32,000 nucleotides of DNA from Nanopusillaceae archaeon (lineage in GTDB: Archaea; Nanobdellota; Nanobdellia; Nanobdellales; Nanobdellaceae): assembly GCA_049974095.1 (NCBI GenBank), contig JBMFJD010000004.1:30001-62000 (forward strand). The letters run 5' to 3'. A program made the position numbers and the translations under genes. Of the stretch, positions 6,876 to 15,133 are shown piece by piece (within the stretch, counting starts at the first letter, position 1; each line of letters starts with the position of its first letter). A model generated the notes under the pieces. The model did no database searches, was not told the origin of the DNA, and was given only the letters and a program-made list of their open reading frames with translations.

Positions 6876-8968
6876 AAGAAATAGAAGGAGTAATTGCAAT
6901 AGTAATATTTATTTCATTTTTAACTTTTTATTTATCAGTTTATAGAAGCTATATTTTTAATAAAGTAGATAATTATAATCAAATAAACTATTATAATTCG
7001 TATATAAAAAATATTTTAAATAATATTGAAGATAGATATTATTTACTTTCATTTAATGTTACAATACCTATCTCTATGTACTATCAATGCTTACAAAGTT
7101 CTTCAATTTATAATAATTTAATAAATGATAATGCATATAATGATTTTTGTTCGAATTTTCCAATATCTTATCCATTAAATATTTCATTCTTAACTTCTTA
7201 TTCTGGAGTATTAAATAATACAAATAATACTTATCTTGATCCAAATGTTGGTTTATTCTTTTATTTAAATATAGCTAATCTAAATTTATATAATCAGCCA
7301 CAATATGCTTTAGTAAATATTTCAAATCCTTCTGGTCAAAATCTAAATAATTATCCAGTATTTGTTACTTCTCCAGATATTTTTTATTGGTTACAAGAAG
7401 GATATAATTTAAATGTAACAGATTTAAATGGAAATCAATATTATTTTTGTTATTTAAATTCTCAATTTAACTGTAGTAATATAAATAATAATGCTTATGG
7501 GATCTGGATTGATTTAAATATTTCTAAAAACCGTTATATAATATTAAATATTTCTCCAATATCAAATAATAATCCATATTCAGTAGATGGATCTCAAATA
7601 TTCCCATTTTACGATCATTTTACATACCAAAATTATCAACAATTTAGTCAAAACTGGTATAATAATACTCCAATAAGCATTACTCCTTTGAATCCTGGAG
7701 ATCAAATTTCTTCTAGCTCTTTTAAAATTTATTCTAAAAAAACAATAAATAAAGGATATTATTTAATATTATTCAATATACAAAATATTAATTCTCTGAG
7801 TTCTGGTAATATAAATATTGGAGATAGTTGTAAAATAAGTCTTCAATCAAATAACAAACCATATTTCTATTATTGTAATGTTAATGATAATAATGTAGAT
7901 ATATCAATATCTGCTAATGGACGAACATATGCTTATTATTTAATTTTAATTCCATATAATATTATACCACGAATAAATATTATCTATCAACCAAATATTA
8001 CTCAAACATTTAATTTTATTATCGGCCCAAATTTAACATATGATTTTTCTCAATACAACGATTTAATAAAAGGTATAAATAGTATCGCAAATAATTACGT
8101 AAAATATAAAGAATCTTCTTCTTCCTATGGTTATATAATTTCATCTACTAATTATTTTAATCATTTATTCTATTATTTATATACTTCTCAATATGAACCT
8201 TCTAATTTAGGTTCTAGATATATATATAATGAATCTTTATCTTTAATTTACTTATATTCTACTCAGAATTTATCTATTAAAAAAATATTATTTTCTAACA
8301 CATCTTGGTTCATATTGAATACTCAAAAATATTATAATTCTTCCAATATGATATATTGGAATACTTCTCAAAATAACTATGGATTTACTTATAATATTAT
8401 TAATTTTTATAATCTTCTTTTATCCTATGACAATTCTTTGCTAAACAATTATTTATATTATCCATACGAAAATGGAATAATACTTTCCAATTCTAATAAT
8501 TTTGCTCTTTTATTTACAAATTATTATCCATTAGTTAATATAACATTAAATATAACAGTTAGCAATTCTATGATCTACTCTAATACTAATTATTATTATC
8601 TATTAAATTTAACTTTATTGAATAACTATCCCTATCAAGATTATTATCTATATTTTTATGATAATCCAAATCTAGATAAAGAAACTGCAAAATATTTAGC
8701 ATTCTCTACACAAATTCCAATAATGAAAATAAATTATATAGAACCAATAAATATAATAAATATAAATAATCTATTACAAGAATCTCAAAATTATCCAGAT
8801 ATTTATTTTTATTTCGAAAATGAAAATATTACAATATATAATGGAATAATATATCAAGGAAATGTTGCAAATAATTATCAATATTCACAAGAATATAGTA
8901 TTTATGTATTAAATACAACAAATGTAAATGATCTATATAAAGATAATTTAATAATATATATAAAATGA
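6857..8968 (+). CDS. Large N-terminally anchored, Asn/Tyr-rich predicted surface glycoprotein
   Basis: An uninterrupted 703-codon ORF in AT-rich DNA. It has one N-terminal hydrophobic helix (GVIAIVIFISFLTFYL) and roughly two dozen N-x-S/T sequons by eye. Its start overlaps the ATPase stop by 19 nt. Confidence 0.75.
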   Translation: MVRIQVKEIEGVIAIVIFISFLTFYLSVYRSYIFNKVDNYNQINYYNSYIKNILNNIEDRYYLLSFNVTIPISMYYQCLQSSSIYNNLINDNAYNDFCSNFPISYPLNISFLTSYSGVLNNTNNTYLDPNVGLFFYLNIANLNLYNQPQYALVNISNPSGQNLNNYPVFVTSPDIFYWLQEGYNLNVTDLNGNQYYFCYLNSQFNCSNINNNAYGIWIDLNISKNRYIILNISPISNNNPYSVDGSQIFPFYDHFTYQNYQQFSQNWYNNTPISITPLNPGDQISSSSFKIYSKKTINKGYYLILFNIQNINSLSSGNINIGDSCKISLQSNNKPYFYYCNVNDNNVDISISANGRTYAYYLILIPYNIIPRINIIYQPNITQTFNFIIGPNLTYDFSQYNDLIKGINSIANNYVKYKESSSSYGYIISSTNYFNHLFYYLYTSQYEPSNLGSRYIYNESLSLIYLYSTQNLSIKKILFSNTSWFILNTQKYYNSSNMIYWNTSQNNYGFTYNIINFYNLLLSYDNSLLNNYLYYPYENGIILSNSNNFALLFTNYYPLVNITLNITVSNSMIYSNTNYYYLLNLTLLNNYPYQDYYLYFYDNPNLDKETAKYLAFSTQIPIMKINYIEPINIININNLLQESQNYPDIYFYFENENITIYNGIIYQGNVANNYQYSQEYSIYVLNTTNVNDLYKDNLIIYIK

Positions 8969-9285
8969 GAAGTTGGATAATCCTAGTTGAACTTGCATTT
9001 TCAATAATCCTATTAACAGTATTTTTCTTATATATTTATTATTTTAGATCTCAAAATATTATTATTGAAAATTTTGATCCAAATAATTTAAGATACCTAA
9101 ATGTATCATGTAATAATAATCTATATACGTATGAAATAATAAATTTAACAAATAATAATATAACAATATGCTATTTTGGAAGGCAAGCAAATTATACATA
9201 TATAGAAAATTTAAAACCAATATTTGAATATTTATATTCTGGCCAAAACAATTTTAACCCTTATATTTTAATAGTATTATCATGA
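8965..9285 (+). CDS. Small pilin-like membrane/secreted protein
   Basis: 106 aa. Its start lies in an ATGA overlap with the upstream stop. MRS-WIILVELAFSIILL gives a 3-aa charged leader followed by a hydrophobic helix. Sequons and 2 Cys are present. Confidence 0.6.
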   Translation: MRSWIILVELAFSIILLTVFFLYIYYFRSQNIIIENFDPNNLRYLNVSCNNNLYTYEIINLTNNNITICYFGRQANYTYIENLKPIFEYLYSGQNNFNPYILIVLS

Positions 9286-9722
9286 AATCTCAATATATTT
9301 TATTAGCAACAATTTTAATAATTATTTTCATATCTTTTTTAACCTATTATAATTTAAAACCAATAAATAATATTAATGCAAATTTAATTGGAGAAAATTT
9401 CAAAAATGAAATAATATATACATATAAATACTTTGGATACAAATATGTTGGAAATTATACATTTTATTTTGAGAATTATACAAATAATATTGGATATAAT
9501 TTTTCTTTTATTTGTATTTCATCATATAATTTATCAATACCACAATGCAATGGAAATAATATAAATTGTTGTTATTATTTTTCTGGATATTTCTATGTAA
9601 ATTCTTCAATATTAATTTTCTGCAATGAGAACTTTATGATATATAATCCTCCAAATTGGATTTGCTTTTGTTATCAATTGAATAATTCTAATGAATACTA
9701 TTCAAATTTCTTTTGTATTTAA
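9282..9722 (+). CDS. Small pilin-like, cysteine-rich secreted protein
   Basis: 146 aa with an ATGA overlap start. MKS-QYILLATILIIIFISFL forms the leader plus helix. The C-terminal half has 9 Cys and several sequons. Confidence 0.6.
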   Translation: MKSQYILLATILIIIFISFLTYYNLKPINNINANLIGENFKNEIIYTYKYFGYKYVGNYTFYFENYTNNIGYNFSFICISSYNLSIPQCNGNNINCCYYFSGYFYVNSSILIFCNENFMIYNPPNWICFCYQLNNSNEYYSNFFCI

Positions 9723-10189
9723 CATTTATATACAAAAAAACCAGATGTTGTTTTATTTAAAATCAGACAAATATCATTTCCATAAAATGTATAATTATTT
9801 GATATTATATTAAAGGGTATTGTATTCATTGTAAAATTATATAAGAAATTATTTGAAGGTAATTGAGTAATATTTAAATTTATATATGATGGAACACTCA
9901 AAGAATAATTTATTGGAGAAATATATAAACTTTCTATTGTTCCATTAAATATATAAACTGTTAAACCATTCGGAATATTTTGTTGGAATTTATATGTACA
10001 TGAATAACATGATCCTATCATATCTATTTGATAATTTAAATCTGTTAATAGATTAACAGTATATTTTAAATTTATTTGTGCTTGTTGATTCAAAATTGTT
10101 AAATGAACATAATATAATACAATAGATAAAACAGATATGGCAAAAGATGTATATATTAAAAATTCAACCCATAAACTTATTCCTTTCAT
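9719..10189 (-). CDS. Small pilin-like secreted protein with class III-like signal
   Basis: 156 aa. MKG-ISLWVEFLIYTSFAISVL resembles an archaeal prepilin/archaellin signal. The mature part is rich in N-x-S/T. Its start overlaps the rps19e stop (ATGA), and its stop overlaps the stop of the 9282..9722 ORF (TTAA). Confidence 0.62.
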   Translation of the reverse strand: MKGISLWVEFLIYTSFAISVLSIVLYYVHLTILNQQAQINLKYTVNLLTDLNYQIDMIGSCYSCTYKFQQNIPNGLTVYIFNGTIESLYISPINYSLSVPSYINLNITQLPSNNFLYNFTMNTIPFNIISNNYTFYGNDICLILNKTTSGFFVYKC

Positions 10190-10704
10190 GTAACATTTTT
10201 AACATAATCAACTAAATTTTTATTTTCTTTACTTAATTCTTTATATATTTCATTTGCCAATTTATCCATTATACTTTTTCCATTATTTGTTACAACTCTC
10301 CCTCTCTTCTGTCCATCCATTATTTTCATAACAAATCCCGCTTGTTCCAATTGTTGCAAAATTAATCTGATAATTTTTCCATATCCTCTAACAAATTTTC
10401 CAGGTTCCATACCTCTTTTTCTCAATCCCCCATATTTTTTTCTTAATCTAGATATTCCAACAGGCCCTTTTAAATATACTTGTCTCAAAATTGAAGCTGC
10501 TCTATAATACCACCATCCAGGTCCTCCATTATAATCTACATCTGGAGGAAAATCCGGATTTCTTTCTCTATCTGGTCCTGTTCTAATAAAAAAAGCCCAT
10601 GTTGGTGGTTTAATTATTTCTTTATAATTTTCAAATAAATGTTTTGCTAATCTTTCAACATATATTTGTCCAGGTATTTCTCTTACCGAAACCATAATAT
10701 GCAA
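10186..10704 (-). CDS. rps19e: 30S ribosomal protein S19e (eS19)
   Basis: The WAFFIRTG...GWWYYRAASILRQVYL..PVGISRLRKKYGG core is diagnostic. The true start may be the MVSVREIPG Met at 10695. Confidence 0.9.
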   Translation of the reverse strand: MHIMVSVREIPGQIYVERLAKHLFENYKEIIKPPTWAFFIRTGPDRERNPDFPPDVDYNGGPGWWYYRAASILRQVYLKGPVGISRLRKKYGGLRKRGMEPGKFVRGYGKIIRLILQQLEQAGFVMKIMDGQKRGRVVTNNGKSIMDKLANEIYKELSKENKNLVDYVKNVT

Positions 10705-10738
10705 TATTTATAAAACATTTTTAAAATATATGTAATTT

Positions 10739-10954
10739 ATGAACCATACTAAAATTGTTAGTTCTGCTGGAAGATTTGGTGCAAGATATGGTAAAGGTAT
10801 TAGAGAAGATTTAGTTGAAATTGAGAAAAAATATAAAAATAAAAGATTAAAATGTCCTTACTGTAATTATATTTCTGTAAAGAGGATCGCATATGGAATA
10901 TGGTATTGTGAACATTGCGGCAAAAAATTTACTGGAAAAGCTTATAGTATATAA
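10739..10954 (+). CDS. rpl37ae: 50S ribosomal protein L37Ae (eL43)
   Basis: 71 aa. SAGRFGARYG followed by a CPYC...CEHC zinc ribbon. Confidence 0.9.
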   Translation: MNHTKIVSSAGRFGARYGKGIREDLVEIEKKYKNKRLKCPYCNYISVKRIAYGIWYCEHCGKKFTGKAYSI

Positions 10955-11094
10955 TGACAAAATATCTTTGTATAAATTGTAAAAGAATTATAGATCATGA
11001 AACAGCATTAAAGAAAGTTAAGTGTCCATATTGTGGATCAAAGATTTTAGTAAAATTAAGACCTGAAACAGTTAAGAAAATAAAAGCAATATGA
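10954..11094 (+). CDS. rpoP: DNA-directed RNA polymerase subunit P (Rpo12/RpoP)
   Basis: Not in the ORF track. I translated a 46-aa ORF: MTKYLCINCKRIIDHETALKKVKCPYCGSKILVKLRPETVKKIKAI. It has a CxxC..CxxC ribbon, the C-terminal ..VKLRP...IKAI typical of RpoP, a TAATG overlap with rpl37ae, and the conserved L37ae-RpoP gene order. Confidence 0.75.
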   Translation: MTKYLCINCKRIIDHETALKKVKCPYCGSKILVKLRPETVKKIKAI

Positions 11095-11291
11095 AGGTAA
11101 TAGTTGAAGGATTAGATAAAGATTTTATAGAATCAATAAAATTTTTAGAAAAAGATGAAAAAATAAAAATTGAAGGAAATAGTATTATTATTGAAAAGGA
11201 TGAAGAGTCAAAATTAAGGGCACAAGTAAATTTATTATTTAGATTAATAAAAATAAATGATAATCTTATCAGACTCCTGTCCAATTTGTAA
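11091..11291 (+). CDS. pcc1: KEOPS complex subunit Pcc1-like protein
   Basis: 66 aa. The C-terminal LRAQVNLLFRLIKINDNL resembles the Pcc1 LRAxxNSxLRxI helix, and the position after L37ae-RpoP is the usual archaeal neighbourhood. I prefer it over the antisense ORF 11072..11350. Confidence 0.5.
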   Translation: MKVIVEGLDKDFIESIKFLEKDEKIKIEGNSIIIEKDEESKLRAQVNLLFRLIKINDNLIRLLSNL

Positions 11292-11745
11292 TTCAAAAAA
11301 TATTGAAGTAAAAAATATTGAATATGATTTTCCAAAAATAGGAAAGGCAATACTGTATGTATTTAAATGTAATGATTGTGGATATAAAACATCAGAAATA
11401 ATTCCATTAGAAGAAAGACAACCAGTTAGTTTTAGTATAAAAGTAGATAGTAAAGAAAAATTTGGAAAATTAATATTAAAATCTCCTTATGCAAAATTAA
11501 TATTAAAAGAAATAGATTTAGAAATATTACCTGGAATAGAATCTAAATTTGAAATAAAGGCCGTAGATGACTTATTAATGAATATAAAAGATAAATTGGA
11601 TGACATAAAAGTATTATATATTAATGAACCAGAGAAATATAATAAAATTGTTGAAAAAATAAACTATTTAAATGATGTATTAAACAATAAAAAAGAGATA
11701 ACAATTATTATTGAAGATGAAAAAGGTTATTCAATGACTTATTGA
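11257..11745 (+). CDS. ZPR1-type zinc-finger protein
   Basis: 162 aa. CPICNS...CNDCGYK zinc ribbon followed by the ZPR1 beta-rich module (PVSFSIKV...LILKSPYAKL..EIDLEI.PG). Confidence 0.7.
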   Translation: MIILSDSCPICNSKNIEVKNIEYDFPKIGKAILYVFKCNDCGYKTSEIIPLEERQPVSFSIKVDSKEKFGKLILKSPYAKLILKEIDLEILPGIESKFEIKAVDDLLMNIKDKLDDIKVLYINEPEKYNKIVEKINYLNDVLNNKKEITIIIEDEKGYSMTY

Positions 11746-12173
11746 CCTTCTTTCTTTTCTTCTTCCTTTATTTCTTCAACTGCTGACATTTGATGACCTC
11801 TCCAAACTTTTACATATGGTGGTGTTGCAATAACCCAATCTTTATTTACCGCAACAATATCTCCTCCTATTGCATCTACAACAGATTTTAATCTAGAAAC
11901 AACTCTCTTTATTTCAACAATATCTTTACTTGCATTTAAATTACTTAAATCTACAAATACTATATAACTTCTCTCTCTTAAAGAATCGACAACTGCTTTT
12001 ACTTCTGAAGGATCTTTTAATCTAAATACTCTTACATAAATCTTTACTTCCTCAGCTTTCTGCGTTGGAATAACTTCTACATATTGATCAGTATCCTCTT
12101 TCTTTTTACCTTTAAATATCCCTTTAAAGGATATAGCCATATATCTATATATTGTATTGGTATTTTTATACAT
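11739..12173 (-). CDS. sepF: Cell division protein SepF-like (DUF552)
   Basis: YVRVFRLKDPSEVKAVVDSLRERSYIVFVDLSNL...AIGGDIVAV matches the SepF core. The probable start is MAISFKG at 12140. Confidence 0.65.
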   Translation of the reverse strand: MYKNTNTIYRYMAISFKGIFKGKKKEDTDQYVEVIPTQKAEEVKIYVRVFRLKDPSEVKAVVDSLRERSYIVFVDLSNLNASKDIVEIKRVVSRLKSVVDAIGGDIVAVNKDWVIATPPYVKVWRGHQMSAVEEIKEEEKKEGQ

Positions 12174-12215
12174 TTAGTTAATATTTTTGTTTATATTATT
12201 GATTATCAATAAAAA

Positions 12216-12572
12216 TTATTTAGATTGTAAATCTGATTTCTTCAATAGATCTTCTAATTCTTTTGCGAGAGAAGAAAGCTTTTCTCTATATAAATCGGAT
12301 TGTTTTTTTAAACTTTCAGATTTTATTCTAAATACTTCTTTCTCTTCATTTAATCTATCTATTAATTCTTTTTTATCTTTTTCTATCAATACATTACCTA
12401 CTAATAAATATACTTTCTGTCCTTCCTTTAAATTATCCAATTCTTTTAAAGCATTATCTACTTCATCTAAATCTTGTAGAATTTTTGATCTTTGAGCCTC
12501 TATTAATAAATATGCTTGTCTTAATTTTTCATATTCTTCATATTTTTTCTCAATTTCTTCTTCACTAACCAT
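12216..12572 (-). CDS. pfdB: Prefoldin beta subunit
   Basis: 118 aa. Two coiled-coil arms flank the beta-hairpin YLLVGNVLIEKDK, which is the typical GimC beta layout. Confidence 0.8.
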   Translation of the reverse strand: MVSEEEIEKKYEEYEKLRQAYLLIEAQRSKILQDLDEVDNALKELDNLKEGQKVYLLVGNVLIEKDKKELIDRLNEEKEVFRIKSESLKKQSDLYREKLSSLAKELEDLLKKSDLQSK

Positions 12573-12601
12573 CTTAATAATTTTATATATATCTTTTTAA
12601 A

Positions 12602-14314
12602 TTATTTATGCATAAATATTAGATAATTATTTTCTCTCTTAAAGAAACCATATCTTATTCCATGCAATATTTCTCCATCTTTTGTTAATTCAAATACATA
12701 TTTTTCACATGATCCATTTATTTTTCCATCTTTTTCCCATATCATAACATCCATTTTATATTCTTCAGGTACCCATTGAATTATTTTTGCATTCAAATTT
12801 TTTGCATCTTCATAACTATCAGATAAATATTCCGCAATTGCATAATCTTCCTTTATATCAATTATAGATATATTAAAACCTTCCATTAATCTAATATATT
12901 TATTATTTAAATCTGATTTTTCAACATATATTATATTAGAATTTATTTTAAATTCTCTATATCCTAAATCTACTTCTGGATGATTTTCAATTTTTATTTC
13001 TTTTGGTAACTTTAAATCTTTAATTATTACTTTTACAGGATTCCTTAGAATAAAGAATCTTTTTGCTTTTTTATCATATATTTCTCTATTATATGTATAT
13101 ATTTTATCCCAATTAACTTGAACATCTACAGGATTTGGACCTATTTCTATAATATATTTCCTTATTGCTTCTCTATCAATCCCTCTCCTTCTTAATCCTC
13201 TTAATGTTGGTAAAAATGGATCATCCCATCCAGATATTTTTCCTTCTTTTATCAATTTTCTTATCTCAGACTTATGTAATGGCATATCTTTTACTAATAA
13301 TGCTCCATAATTTATTACTATAGGAAATTCCCATCCAAAATAATCATAAATATATTTTTGTTTAAATGCATTTACCTCATGTTCTTTCATCCTTAAAACA
13401 TGAGTAACTCTCATTAAATGATCATCAATAGATACAGAAAAATTATAAGTTGGCCATATCCAATATTTTTCAACATAATTTTCTCCATATTTATTCAATA
13501 AATATGGATGAGGATTTCTTTTAGGATTTACTATTCTAAATGCAATCCAATCTCTTATTGATGGATTTGGATGATTTAAATCTGTCTTTATTCTAATTAC
13601 TGCCCTACCTTCATCATATTCTCCATTTAGCATCTTTTCAAATTGTTCTAAATTCCATCCAGGATCTTTATCCCTATATTCTGTAGGTATTCCTTCATTT
13701 CTATATTTTGATATTAACTCTGGAGGAGATAAATCTACATATGCAAGTTCTTTCTCTAATAATTCTTTAATATATTTATAATATATATCTAATCTTTCTG
13801 ATTGAATATAAAATTCATCAACTTTATCGTTTATTAACCATTCAACATCTTCTTTTATTGCATCATATACATTTGGATCTGGTTTTTTAACCTTTGGATC
13901 TGTATCTTCAATTCTTAATATAAATTTACCTTTATACATTTTTGCATATTCATAATTTAAAATAATTGCCCTTGCATGACCTATATGTAAATATCCTGAA
14001 GGATTTGGAGCAAATCTTGTTACAACTTTTCCATCAATAGCATTTTTTAATGAAGGTAATCCAATTTTTTCTTCTTTTTTCTTTTCCTCTAATAATTCTG
14101 GATATTCATTTTTCAATCTTTCATATGCTTCTTCTTTTGTTATTTTATTTATTTTATCAACTATTTCCTTTACCTTAGGTATAATCTCCTTTATATTTTT
14201 CTTTATCTCCGGATATTCGTATACTATTTTTGATATAACAGAATTTAATTCTATATTTCCATATTTATATTTATTATATAGAGACCATTTTTCTGCTAAT
14301 TTTTCAATATCCAT
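12602..14314 (-). CDS. gltX: Glutamyl-tRNA synthetase (archaeal type)
   Basis: 570 aa. VVTRFAPNPSGYLHIGHARA is the class I HIGH motif, followed by ILRIEDTDP. Length and domain order match archaeal GluRS. Confidence 0.9.
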   Translation of the reverse strand: MDIEKLAEKWSLYNKYKYGNIELNSVISKIVYEYPEIKKNIKEIIPKVKEIVDKINKITKEEAYERLKNEYPELLEEKKKEEKIGLPSLKNAIDGKVVTRFAPNPSGYLHIGHARAIILNYEYAKMYKGKFILRIEDTDPKVKKPDPNVYDAIKEDVEWLINDKVDEFYIQSERLDIYYKYIKELLEKELAYVDLSPPELISKYRNEGIPTEYRDKDPGWNLEQFEKMLNGEYDEGRAVIRIKTDLNHPNPSIRDWIAFRIVNPKRNPHPYLLNKYGENYVEKYWIWPTYNFSVSIDDHLMRVTHVLRMKEHEVNAFKQKYIYDYFGWEFPIVINYGALLVKDMPLHKSEIRKLIKEGKISGWDDPFLPTLRGLRRRGIDREAIRKYIIEIGPNPVDVQVNWDKIYTYNREIYDKKAKRFFILRNPVKVIIKDLKLPKEIKIENHPEVDLGYREFKINSNIIYVEKSDLNNKYIRLMEGFNISIIDIKEDYAIAEYLSDSYEDAKNLNAKIIQWVPEEYKMDVMIWEKDGKINGSCEKYVFELTKDGEILHGIRYGFFKRENNYLIFMHK

Positions 14315-14316
14315 TT

Positions 14317-14520
14317 TTAGAATACTTTAATTGCCCATTTGCCTTCTTTTATATTCAATTTTTTACTAAATTCTGATTTTTCTTTATTTACAACTATAAT
14401 AAATCCTGAAAAGTCGTCTGCTAGATCTGTAGATCCACAATATGGACATTTATCTACATCTTTATCAATTATTGCTTTACAATTTCTACAAACTTTTCTC
14501 TTTGGTTTTCTATATACCAT
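14317..14520 (-). CDS. spt4: Transcription elongation factor Spt4 (RpoE'')
   Basis: 67 aa. CRNC...CPYCGS zinc ribbon, placed immediately downstream of rpoE' as in most archaea. Confidence 0.8.
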   Translation of the reverse strand: MVYRKPKRKVCRNCKAIIDKDVDKCPYCGSTDLADDFSGFIIVVNKEKSEFSKKLNIKEGKWAIKVF

Positions 14521-15065
14521 TATTTCTTACTCTTTGTTTTTTGTTCTAGCCATTCTAATTTTCCCAATCCTGGTTGCTTCATTGTTAATGCAACTCTTAA
14601 GCTTGAAATTCCTTTATAGCTTACAGTTATTATTCTTGTAATTACCATATCATTTACCTTTAATATTCTTCTACTATTTTTTCCAATTAATGCTTCTTTT
14701 CCAGATACTGAAACATCATCATCCATTACTTGAGAAATATGTACTAATCCATCTATTGGTCCTATATTAATAAATGCTCCAAAATCTGCAATAGATGATA
14801 CAATACCATATGTGATTTCTGATATCAATGGAATATATGATATAACTGTAAATTTTACTTTATAATAAACTCCTCCATCTTCAAAAATCATAATTCCATC
14901 TGATATTTCATCTACTGATTTTATTGTAACAATTATGCCATAATCTTTGCTACTTGTCCCTATATATGTATTAACTAAAGTCTTCTCTATCATATCTTTA
15001 ACATCCCCCTTTAATTCTGTTGGAGGTATCCTAACAACATCTGTTAATTGTATTTCGTAAAACAT
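14520..15065 (-). CDS. rpoE: DNA-directed RNA polymerase subunit E' (Rpo7), S1 domain
   Basis: 181 aa. The N-terminal MFYEIQLTDVVRIPP is the Rpo7 signature, and the C-terminal region contains an S1 fold (GAFINIGPIDGLVHISQV). Confidence 0.87.
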   Translation of the reverse strand: MFYEIQLTDVVRIPPTELKGDVKDMIEKTLVNTYIGTSSKDYGIIVTIKSVDEISDGIMIFEDGGVYYKVKFTVISYIPLISEITYGIVSSIADFGAFINIGPIDGLVHISQVMDDDVSVSGKEALIGKNSRRILKVNDMVITRIITVSYKGISSLRVALTMKQPGLGKLEWLEQKTKSKK

Positions 15066-15133
15066 TAATAGAATGATTTTATAAATTTTTATAAATTTTC
15101 TTAACTTTTATTTTTTTATTAAAATATTTTTAC

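Noticed and set aside
5467-10189. The ATPase and surface-protein block might be an integrated mobile element or virus using tRNA-Gly as its attachment site.
   Set aside because: I saw no integrase, transposase or capsid-like gene. The tRNA-Gly 3' half is not repeated downstream; there is no GC-rich patch between 5540 and 10200. Base composition and the overlapping-gene style match the rest of the window, and the far end is welded to rps19e by an ATGA overlap.
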